Shown here: piece after piece, positions 9,814-18,522 of the stretch | How positions within the stretch are numbered: the stretch's first letter is position 1 | How the letters are laid out: each line of letters opens with the position of its first letter | From: an uncultured Mollicutes bacterium | GTDB lineage: Bacteria; Bacillota_I; Bacilli_A; ML615J-28; CAG-313 | Assembly (NCBI GenBank): GCA_900539265.1 | Contig: UQBM01000004.1 | Coordinates: 7,982 to 71,981 of the forward strand | Reading direction: 5' to 3' | DNA length: 64,000 bases | Made by a program: the position numbers and the translations under genes | The notes under the pieces: generated by a model | Seen by the model: only the letters and a program-made list of their open reading frames with translations | Database searches by the model: none | What the model was told of the DNA's origin: nothing

Positions 9814-11019
9814 AGCTAATAAATATTTCTTTTGTAAAAGATAGTCATTAAGAATTTGTTCTTCAATGGCTATTTTTTTGTCAAGTGATGTTACGATTAA
9901 AGTAATTTTAGAAATTAATTCCTTATTAGGGATCTTAACTTTAATACCAGTAAGAGTAGATAAGACTATATAAGGCATTGCTCCTACATTTTTTTCACGA
10001 TGTAGTTTTTTAGGAAGTTCAATTTCTAAAGCGAATTTTATATACAATGGATTTTTTATAAAATTTTGCAAAACATATGTTCTCTGATATGCATCAAACT
10101 TACCATTAAAATATTTAATTAATCCAACTTCACCATTTCCAGAAATTATTAACGATTCTCCTTCAAATGAGTATTTGTCTATATAATAATCTTCTTTAGC
10201 ACAAGTGAAGAATTTATATTTACCGTTAGGATTCATAGCATTTGCATCTAATTTTCCAGTTGTAATACTACATAGTTGATTTAAGGATATGTAATCAAAA
10301 TCATTTAAATCATTATAAATAGTATGTAGAATTCTATTTCTATAAGATTTATATTCCTTAATGATTTTGCTTTGGGTTAAAATTCTTTCATCAATCATTG
10401 ATAAGAATTTTCCAATTTTATTTTGTTCTTCTATTGTTGGAGTATAAAGTTTTAAGTTCTTTAGCTCTGGAATTCCAATTCTTTGACGTGTTGATCCGGC
10501 AGTTTTTGAGGCTATTATTTTTCTAATATTTTTTGTGTTAATTTGTTCTCTCATAAAAAGTTTATTACATTTTTTAATATCTAAATTAACTCGTATAGCA
10601 TCGGAACCTAACACATATCTTTTATAAAAATCATGAGCAATACAGCAACGACCTGCAGGCATCATTTTAGCAATAATTAAATCACCTGGATATGCGTTGT
10701 TTGCAATTAAACTATCAGCTTTTTTTACACTTGTGAATATTAATCTTTCAGTAAAATTTAAATAATCTTCTGTTATATTACTTAATTGAATGATAGGAAC
10801 ACCATCCAGCGTATAATCATTTGTCTTTAAATCTGACCCAAAAGGTCCGCCAGCAAAAGATTTTTTTTCATTTGTCGTAAGTAATTCTAGGCTTGTTGTT
10901 GTCCACTCATATATAAATTCAGGAAATCTTAAATTGGGAACATTGGGGATTTTATTCCTTATAATATTTAAAAATTTATTAAATTGACTTATGTATAGGA
11001 GGTAATTAATATGACTCAA
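9799..11019 (-). CDS. hsdS: Inverted silent hsdS cassette, convergent with and overlapping the expressed hsdS
   Basis: 406-aa ORF on the minus strand. It has the IPNVPNLRFP motif, the central IDERILTQSKII motif and the same C-terminal NMFI ending as the expressed hsdS. Its first about 23 codons (upstream of the inverted repeat) are probably not native, and it has no obvious promoter of its own. Confidence 0.75.
   Translation of the reverse strand: MSHINYLLYISQFNKFLNIIRNKIPNVPNLRFPEFIYEWTTTSLELLTTNEKKSFAGGPFGSDLKTNDYTLDGVPIIQLSNITEDYLNFTERLIFTSVKKADSLIANNAYPGDLIIAKMMPAGRCCIAHDFYKRYVLGSDAIRVNLDIKKCNKLFMREQINTKNIRKIIASKTAGSTRQRIGIPELKNLKLYTPTIEEQNKIGKFLSMIDERILTQSKIIKEYKSYRNRILHTIYNDLNDFDYISLNQLCSITTGKLDANAMNPNGKYKFFTCAKEDYYIDKYSFEGESLIISGNGEVGLIKYFNGKFDAYQRTYVLQNFIKNPLYIKFALEIELPKKLHREKNVGAMPYIVLSTLTGIKVKIPNKELISKITLIVTSLDKKIAIEEQILNDYLLQKKYLLANMFI
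10358..10374. repeat. Inverted repeat IR2, right copy (central region of silent hsdS)
   Basis: TTAATGATTTTGCTTTG, the reverse complement of 9210-9226. Confidence 0.6.
10925..10949. repeat. Inverted repeat IR1, right copy (5' end of silent hsdS)
   Basis: AATCTTAAATTGGGAACATTgGGGA, the reverse complement of 8674-8698. Confidence 0.8.
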
Positions 11020-11934
11020 ATTAAATTAAGTCAGATAATTGACTTATGGAAGAAAGACAAAAAGCAATATGTTAAAAAATCAACATATTCTGCATATGTG
11101 CTTTTAGTTAAAAATCATTTATTACCATATTTTGGTGATAAATACGAAGTTGAGGAGTCAGATGTTCAAAAGTTTGTATTTGAAAAATTGGAACAAGGAC
11201 TTAGTCAAAAAACTATTATGGACATTTTGATTGTATTAAAGATGATACTTAAGTTTGGAGTAAAACATAGGTATTTGTCTTGTCGTGAAATTGAAATTAA
11301 ATTCCCCACACAAAGAGAAAATGAGGGACTTGAGGTATTAAGCCGTTCAAATCAAAGAAAAATAATGGATTATATTGAAAAAAATTTTACTTTTAAAAAC
11401 TTAGGCATTTATATTTGTTTGAGTACAGGATTAAGAATAGGAGAATTATGTGCGTTAACATGGGATGATATAGATGAAGATAATGGTGTTATTTTAGTTA
11501 GGAAAACTATTCAAAGAATATATGTTATTGATGATGTTAAAAAAAGAACTGAATTAATTATAGATACACCAAAGACTAAAAATTCGATCAGAGATATTCC
11601 TATGACATCGAATTTAATTAAGATAATTAAACCTATTAAGAAAATTGTAAATAATGAATATTATGTTTTGACTAATGATATTAAACCAACAGAACCTAGA
11701 ACATATAGGAATTATTATAAAAGGTTTATGAAAAAATTTGATATTCCGGATTTAAAGTTTCATGGATTAAGACATAGTTTTGCAACTAGGTGTATTGAAG
11801 GAAAATGTGATTATAAAACTGTTAGCGTTATTTTAGGTCATTCAAATATAAGCACAACATTAAATTTATATGTCCACCCAAATCTTGAACAAAAGAAAAA
11901 ATGTATTAATCAGATGAATAGGTCATTAAGATAA
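11011..11934 (+). CDS. Tyrosine site-specific recombinase (phage-integrase family), putative hsdS invertase
   Basis: 307 aa. C-terminal catalytic signature HGLRHSFAT...LGHSNISTTLNLYVH (R-H-R-Y family). Its start overlaps the 5' end of the inverted hsdS by 9 nt. Confidence 0.85.
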   Translation: MTQIKLSQIIDLWKKDKKQYVKKSTYSAYVLLVKNHLLPYFGDKYEVEESDVQKFVFEKLEQGLSQKTIMDILIVLKMILKFGVKHRYLSCREIEIKFPTQRENEGLEVLSRSNQRKIMDYIEKNFTFKNLGIYICLSTGLRIGELCALTWDDIDEDNGVILVRKTIQRIYVIDDVKKRTELIIDTPKTKNSIRDIPMTSNLIKIIKPIKKIVNNEYYVLTNDIKPTEPRTYRNYYKRFMKKFDIPDLKFHGLRHSFATRCIEGKCDYKTVSVILGHSNISTTLNLYVHPNLEQKKKCINQMNRSLR

Positions 11935-11969
11935 AATATAATTATTCTTCAACTACTGTATTTACTTAT

Positions 11970-11998
11970 TTGAAAAAATAACAAAAAAAGTGTATAAT
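11970..11998 (+). promoter_or_regulatory. Putative sigma-A promoter (TTGAAA, 17 nt, TATAAT) for the DUF262 gene
   Basis: TTGAAA at 11970-11975 and TATAAT at 11993-11998 with 17-nt spacing, 25 nt upstream of the ATG at 12024. Confidence 0.35.
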
Positions 11999-12023
11999 AA
12001 ATATGTGATTGGAGTTGATTAAT

Positions 12024-15000
12024 ATGAAAGATATGTTGTCATTATCAGAATTATTTAATAAGAAGTTATTTAGAATACCAGACTATCAAAGAGGTTATGC
12101 TTGGGAAAAACAACAAGTAGAAGATTTTTGGAATGATTTAATGCTGCTTCATAAAGATAAAGAACATTATACAGGTATGTTATCATTACAAGAAATTAGA
12201 CCTAAATTAGATGATGTTAATTATTATGATTGTATTGATTTAAGAGATACTCATAAAATTTTTCATATTGTTGATGGACAACAAAGATTAACAACTTCAA
12301 TGCTATTAATTAATCAAATTATTAAAATTGATTATAGTAAATATGAACCAAGTATTTTTAATAATGAATTTATAAGTAGCATTAAAGGTAAATATATTTG
12401 TAATAACAAATGTTATGTGTTTGGCTATGAAGTAGATAATCCTAGTTTTGTTTATCTTAAAAATATATTTGGCGAATCAGATCCTACACTAATTAAGGAA
12501 TCAAGATATACAAGAAACTTATCAGTTGCAAGTCATATCTTTGAAGAGAACTTAAAGAAGCTAATAAAAGATAAAGGTGTAAAGGCCGTTGAAGATTTAT
12601 TCTATAAGTTAACAGAAAAGTTACAATTTAATATTCATTATATTAAACATAATTTTGATGTTCACGTTGCTTTTGAAACAATGAATAATCGTGGTAAGAA
12701 ATTGTCCAACTTAGAGATATTAAAGAATAGATTAATATATCTTTCAACTTTATATCCAGATTCAAAAAAAATGAAAGCAAAGAAATTAAATCTACAAAAA
12801 GAAATAAATGATGCTTGGAAAGAAATATATTATAATTTAGGTAAAGATTTAAATAATGAACTAGACGATGATATGTTCTTAAAAGCTCATTGGGCATTAT
12901 ATTTTAAGTTTAGTAAGACTGATTCAGATACATATGTTAATGAATTGTTAAATAAATATTTTATTCCTGCAGCTGTTAATGATTTTATAAGGGAATATAA
13001 TGATAGTGAACTTGATGAAGATGATATAGATTGGAGTGATGATGCACTAACGATTGAAGAAATATCATCATATGTAAAAAGTTTAAGAGAAACATCAAAA
13101 TATTATTATGATACTTTTGTTCCTAATCCTAAACTATCAGAAGAAGAACAAAACTATATTCGTAAACTTAATAGAATAGGTATTGGATATAGTGCATTAC
13201 GAAATTTAGTTGTTGCATCATATTTGGTAAGTAAAGATAAAGATGCAAGTTTTGCTGAAAAACGTATTGAACTATTTAAAGCAATTGAAAGATTTATTTT
13301 CTTATGTTTTAGAACAGCAGGTTTTCAATCATCATATAAAAGTGGAGTATATTATAGATATGCAGGCCAAATGTTACAACCAGAAGGTAACTTATCTATT
13401 GATGCAGTAATTGAAGATATTAATAAAACAGTTGATGATGATATGCCACAAATCATTCAATCGTTTATAACACAATCAAATGGATGGTTTAGTGAAAATA
13501 ATCATTATGGATTCTATGCATGGACCGGATTAAAATACTTTTTATTTGAATATGAAGAATCACTTTTAAATGCATCAACAGGAACAAAGATATCAGGAGA
13601 TAATTACTTTAAGAAAAGTGAAAAAGATAAAGTATCAATTGAACATATTTTTCCACAAACACCTTCAAAATATTATTGGGCTAACCTTTATAGATCATAT
13701 GATAAAGATAATGAAGTTTGGAAACTAGCAGGAACAATAGGTAACTTATTACCTCTTTCAAGTTCTATTAATTCAAGTTTGCAAAATGATTCATTTGAAG
13801 CTAAGGTTAATGGAAGAAAAGGTGCTGTTGGATATGAAATGAATTCATATTCAGCTATTGAAGTATCAAAACACCATAAATGGTTAGAAGAAGATTATCC
13901 ATCATTTAATAAATATTATTTTAGAAATATTGATGAAACTGAATTTGACTGGACACCAGAAAAGATAGAGAGAAGAGGAATACATTTACTTAAATTCTTA
14001 TCTAAAAGATATAATTGTCCTTTAACAGATGAAGATATAATTAGTTTATTGCATATTGATTTTATTCATGATGAAATTAGACAAGCATTACCACCATTAG
14101 AAAAGTATGATGATGATGTCTTTGAAATCACTTCACAAAAAGGATACAATGTTGATAGAGTAAAATACTGGACTGCCTTTGAAGAATATTGTGAAGGTTT
14201 AGGATACGGATTTATGACAACATATGATGATCCTTCTGAAAGAAACTATTTTGACTTGAGATATCAAGAAGATTTTAACTATGTATTTAAAGTAAATCGT
14301 AATGGAATTGAATTCTGTTTATATTGCTATACTCCAACAGTTTACTCAAAAATGGCTTCAATTAAAAATGAGCTAGAAGAAGCTTTAGGATGTGAATTTG
14401 TTTGGGATTTAAGCAAGGCTAATTCACTTGCTAAAAGAATTTCATTATTTAAGGATATTGATTATTCTAAATCAAATAACTGGGATGAATGTTTCGAATG
14501 GTATATTGAATGTTTTAATAGTATAAAGGACATATTGTTATTACATTTTCCTGTTAAAAAACAAAGCGGTACAATGAGTGTTGATGAACATTTATTAACT
14601 AAACCAGAAAAAATGAGTAAAATCTATAAAGAGATTTATGGAAAAGTAAAAGACAAAATTAGTGATTTTTATGAAGTTGCTACAAATCCATACATTGCGT
14701 TTAGAACAAACAAGAATGATAACTTTGCTGAAATATGGATTCAACGTTCACAAATTAAAGTGATGTTACGTTCAAACGAAGTAGGATATCCTGTAGGTTC
14801 TAAAGTTGGAGATTCATATAGATGGACACACAACTGGAGAATTGCTTTAGTCAGTGAGAAACAAATAGACGAAGTTGTAGCATGTATTTTAATCAGTTAT
14901 TATTCAATTGATAATAATGTAGAAATGATGAATAAAATTAAGGACAATATAAATCATATAACTGATTTTGATTTACAACAGTCAAATACATTTGAAAGAG

Positions 15001-15245
15001 GGGAAGTATTTTCTTTTGTGAAATGTGGAATACCAGCTGGAGCAGAACTAGAATACATTTATGATCCTTCTATAAAATGTACAGTTTATGATGAAAGAAA
15101 GATTAATTATAATGGTGAAATAATGTATATGACTACATTAGTAAAACAAATAACAAAAATACCATCACCAAATGGACCATCATATTTTAGTTATAATGGA
15201 AAAAATCTTTCTGAATATTATATTGAATATCAATCAAAGAAATAA
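12024..15245 (+). CDS. GmrSD-like Type IV (modification-dependent) restriction protein: DUF262 + DUF1524 with a long C-terminal extension
   Basis: 1073 aa from the ATG at 12024 (the ORF track's TTG at 12009 lacks an RBS; GGAG lies 9 nt upstream of the ATG). The N-terminus has IPDYQRGYAW and DGQQRLTT (DUF262/ParB-like NTPase hallmarks). Mid-protein SIEHIFPQTP matches the DUF1524 His-Me finger motif. About 450 aa of additional C-terminal sequence has unknown function. Confidence 0.8.
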   Translation: MKDMLSLSELFNKKLFRIPDYQRGYAWEKQQVEDFWNDLMLLHKDKEHYTGMLSLQEIRPKLDDVNYYDCIDLRDTHKIFHIVDGQQRLTTSMLLINQIIKIDYSKYEPSIFNNEFISSIKGKYICNNKCYVFGYEVDNPSFVYLKNIFGESDPTLIKESRYTRNLSVASHIFEENLKKLIKDKGVKAVEDLFYKLTEKLQFNIHYIKHNFDVHVAFETMNNRGKKLSNLEILKNRLIYLSTLYPDSKKMKAKKLNLQKEINDAWKEIYYNLGKDLNNELDDDMFLKAHWALYFKFSKTDSDTYVNELLNKYFIPAAVNDFIREYNDSELDEDDIDWSDDALTIEEISSYVKSLRETSKYYYDTFVPNPKLSEEEQNYIRKLNRIGIGYSALRNLVVASYLVSKDKDASFAEKRIELFKAIERFIFLCFRTAGFQSSYKSGVYYRYAGQMLQPEGNLSIDAVIEDINKTVDDDMPQIIQSFITQSNGWFSENNHYGFYAWTGLKYFLFEYEESLLNASTGTKISGDNYFKKSEKDKVSIEHIFPQTPSKYYWANLYRSYDKDNEVWKLAGTIGNLLPLSSSINSSLQNDSFEAKVNGRKGAVGYEMNSYSAIEVSKHHKWLEEDYPSFNKYYFRNIDETEFDWTPEKIERRGIHLLKFLSKRYNCPLTDEDIISLLHIDFIHDEIRQALPPLEKYDDDVFEITSQKGYNVDRVKYWTAFEEYCEGLGYGFMTTYDDPSERNYFDLRYQEDFNYVFKVNRNGIEFCLYCYTPTVYSKMASIKNELEEALGCEFVWDLSKANSLAKRISLFKDIDYSKSNNWDECFEWYIECFNSIKDILLLHFPVKKQSGTMSVDEHLLTKPEKMSKIYKEIYGKVKDKISDFYEVATNPYIAFRTNKNDNFAEIWIQRSQIKVMLRSNEVGYPVGSKVGDSYRWTHNWRIALVSEKQIDEVVACILISYYSIDNNVEMMNKIKDNINHITDFDLQQSNTFERGEVFSFVKCGIPAGAELEYIYDPSIKCTVYDERKINYNGEIMYMTTLVKQITKIPSPNGPSYFSYNGKNLSEYYIEYQSKK

Positions 15246-15508
15246 AGTGAGAGGTGGTCTAAGTGACTGCCTTTTTTAAATATTAAAAAGAAACTAAAAA
15301 GGAAATTTTCCAATTTAAATTATTTAAGATTATTATATATAACCATATATATACTAAGGTGACAGATAAATATATAAATAGTATAAAGAGGTATAGTATA
15401 TATAAAAGTATGGAAAACATGTGTCACCATTCGTCACCACTAGCTGAAAGAAAAAGTTGTGGCCTCGTTCATTAATAAAATTTATGTTAACGAAAGGAAC
15501 CACCTTAC

Positions 15509-16858
15509 ATGCTTAGTCAAAAAGAAATAGAAAAATTAAGAAGATTATTTTATGAAAATCATTATACAGTAGCTGAAATAACAAGGATAATGAATGTATC
15601 TCGTAATACTTGTTATAAATATCTTAAGTTTGTTGATTTTAATGCTTATGTTAAAGAAAACATTATTTAGATGATTATAAAGAAATAATGTTAGACATAA
15701 TAAAAAAGAATAGCCTTCATCATCATAAACAACGATATACTGGTAGTCGAGCTTATGAATATTTAAGAGAAAATTATCCAGATTTTGATTATGCTAAAAT
15801 ATCAACAATTAAATACTTCACTAAACTTAAAAAAGAATTTTATTATTCACATGATGGATTTCTTCCTTTAGAACATAAACTTTGGAGTTGCTAAAGTTGA
15901 TTTTGGAGATTGTAGTTTTATAGAAAAAGGTATTAAAATATATGGTAAATACTGTGTATTATCATTTACTCATTCTAATGCATCATACATGCAAATAATG
16001 AGAAATAAGAATGCTGAAAGCATAACATTAGCTTTAAGACACATCTTTGAATACTTAAATGGAGTACCACATACAATATGGTTTGATAATGATACAGCTT
16101 TAGTTAAAATAGAAATAGAAGAATACCATGTCAAGAAAAGAACTATATGTGATACTTTTCAAAGATTTAAATTACATTATGATTTTCAAGAAGTATTCTT
16201 AAATACTGGTAGGGGATACGAAAAAGGAACTGTAGAGCAAGGTGTAAGATTTATGAGAAGAAACCTACTTGTTCCACTTCCTTCATTTGATGACTTTGAT
16301 GCATTTAATAAAGAACTACTAGAAGAATCAAAGAATCTTCTTAAAAGAGAACATTATGCCTTAAAACAACCAATTATTGATTTACATTATGAAGACATAA
16401 CTGAACTTAATCCACTTCCTCTAACAGCTTTTGAACCATCATCAATATCAACAAAAAAACTAGATAATTATGGAAGACTTACAACTGAAGGAAGACTGTA
16501 TTATTACTTATCACCATCATATGCATATAAAAAAATACAAATAAAATTCCTATCTGATGCTTTAGAGATATATGATGAAGATGGAAGACACATCATGAAT
16601 GTTCCAAGACTTTCAGCAGCAAAAGGTGCAAGATATATTAACTGGAGTCCTTATATTAGACTTCTTGCAGTAAAACCAGCTGCAATGTATAACTTTTCAT
16701 TTCTAGATCTATTTACTGATAAAGATATAGTTGAAAGAATAACAAAGTTAAATTCATATGATTTAAAAATATTCTTAGAAAAGTTTGCTGATATGATTGA
16801 TAGTGCTGGACTTAATGAAGCTATTAATAAAGTAACTACACTACTTAAAGATGATTAA
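15509..16858 (+). mobile_element. istA: IS21-family istA transposase remnant, broken into at least three reading frames, with no istB
   Basis: 15509-15670 encodes a 53-aa HTH N-terminus (RNTCYKYL). 15688-15894 and 15989-16858 continue in other frames; KVDFGDCSF...HTIWFDNDTALV resembles the IstA DDE core (qvDwGe...vyDN). Upstream IR/DR motifs GGTGACA (15358) / TGTCACC (15422) and GTCACCA x2 look like IS-end transposase-binding repeats. Confidence 0.6.
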
Positions 16859-16944
16859 TCAAATACCTTTACTTATGTATAAGACCTATGATATACTATT
16901 ATTAGTAGAAAAACTAAAAACTAAATAATAATAGATAAATTTGA

Positions 16945-16977
16945 TGGTCAAATCTCGAGTAGTATTTGACCATTTTT
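16945..16977 (+). terminator. Hairpin plus T-run downstream of the istA remnant
   Basis: TGGTCAAAT-ctcgagtagt-ATTTGACCA (9-bp stem) followed by TTTTT. Confidence 0.4.
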
Positions 16978-17459
16978 GACTCTTATAATCAAAATGTGTT
17001 CAAAAGTAAATTTAATAACTTTTCTTAAAAATCATCTTAAAATTAATAAAATAATCATAAAATCATGCAAATACATATGATTTTAGTAAAAACTCTTTAT
17101 CCTCCACTACCCCTAGGGGGCATCTAATCTCTACAGATTTTTGACTATAGAGCGGGGCCGCACTCTCGTATGAAAAAACTCGCAAAATCAAAAATCAGTG
17201 ATGTGTATTTTGTGTAAAAAAGACTGTTTTAGAATAGAGTATAGATACATTTGAAAAATATGATGATGCCAAAGGAAATAAGGAAGTAGAAAAAATTAAG
17301 AAAATTTCTTTAGACAATATTCAATCATTAGATGATTTTATTGTAATATTATCTGATAAAATTATAGAGATAAAAGATACAATTGTGAAGTTTTATGATT
17401 TTGGAAGCAAAATGAATTAACAAATGTATAAAATATGATATATTAAAAAAGGTGATAAT

Positions 17460-18305
17460 ATGAATAATATAAATAATTTAATTTTAGATGAAGAAAGAGC
17501 TTTGTATCATATTACAGATAGCAATATTGTAAATTGTAGATTTGATGGACCAAAAGATGGGGAATCAGCAATAAAAGAATGTCGCAATATTCATATTGTA
17601 GAATGTTATTTTAATTTAAGATACCCTATATGGCATACTTATCCAGTGACAATGACAAGATCAACAATGACAGAGTTTTGTCGAGCTGCTTTGTGGTATT
17701 GTCATAATGTAAAAATTGAACAATCGAAATTATATGGTATTAAAGCGTTAAGAGAATGTCAAAACATTGAGATTAGTCAATGCGATATCATTTCTAAAGA
17801 GTTTGGTTGGAAAAATGATGATTTAAAAATAGTTGATTCAACACTAGAAGGAGAATATGCTTTTTTTGATAGTAAAAATCTGGTTATTAAAAATTTAAAA
17901 TTTGTGGGAAAATATTCGTTTCAATATTGTAAAAATTTAACAATTGAAAGTAGTTATTTAGATACAAAAGATGCTTTTTGGCATAGTGAAAATGTAGTAA
18001 TCAAAGACTCCTATGTGAAAGGGGAATATCTTGCATGGTATGCTAAAAATGTTACTTTTATCAATTGCACAATTGAAGGAACTCAACCTCTATGTTATTG
18101 TAAGAATCTAGTTTTAAAAAATTGTAAGATGATCAAAACGGATTTATCATTTGAAAATAGTGAAGTGAATGCTTCCATTATTGGTCATATTGAAAGTATC
18201 AAAAATCCTTTATTAGGATGCATTATTGCCGATACAATAGGCGATACCATTAGAGATGATCAAATCTATGGATGTAAAGCAGAAATAATGTTAAGAAAAA
18301 AATGA
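17460..18305 (+). CDS. DUF3737-like right-handed beta-helix protein
   Basis: 281 aa. Periodic repeats of N/C/S-containing beta-strand rungs (NVKIEQS, NLVIKN, NVVIKDS, NVTFINC, NLVLKNC), typical of a parallel beta-helix. A-rich RBS (AAAAAAGGTGA). Confidence 0.5.
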   Translation: MNNINNLILDEERALYHITDSNIVNCRFDGPKDGESAIKECRNIHIVECYFNLRYPIWHTYPVTMTRSTMTEFCRAALWYCHNVKIEQSKLYGIKALRECQNIEISQCDIISKEFGWKNDDLKIVDSTLEGEYAFFDSKNLVIKNLKFVGKYSFQYCKNLTIESSYLDTKDAFWHSENVVIKDSYVKGEYLAWYAKNVTFINCTIEGTQPLCYCKNLVLKNCKMIKTDLSFENSEVNASIIGHIESIKNPLLGCIIADTIGDTIRDDQIYGCKAEIMLRKK

Positions 18306-18353
18306 ATTAGAAAGATTGTTAATTAGATTGGATATATAAATAAATTTAAAAAT

Positions 18354-18384
18354 AATTACTCAAATAATGAGTAGTTATTTTTTT
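18354..18384 (+). terminator. Rho-independent terminator after the beta-helix gene
   Basis: AATTACTCA-aataa-TGAGTAGTT stem (one G.U) followed by ATTTTTTTATTT. Confidence 0.5.
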
Positions 18385-18438
18385 ATTTGTAAATCAAATG
18401 AATAATTTCAAAAATAAAATGTTTTCATAATGTATATT

Positions 18439-18467
18439 TTGACAAAAAATAAATTAATATGTATAAT
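18439..18467 (+). promoter_or_regulatory. Sigma-A promoter (TTGACA, 17 nt, TATAAT) for the large lipoprotein gene
   Basis: Perfect consensus TTGACA at 18439-18444 and TATAAT at 18462-18467 with 17-nt spacing. Confidence 0.55.
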
Positions 18468-18522
18468 ATTTACGAGATTTGTTCTCCCCCCATAAATTTG
18501 AAGAAAAGGAAAAGGAAAAAAA

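Noticed and set aside
17095-17180. GC-rich patch as a group II intron domain V or other known ncRNA (tmRNA, SRP, RNase P)
   Set aside because: GAGCGGGGCCGCACUCUCG does not fit the domain V consensus (GAGCCGUAUG...ACGUACGGUUC), and no SRP, tmRNA or RNase P signature blocks are present. Retained only as an unexplained structured, GC-rich element.
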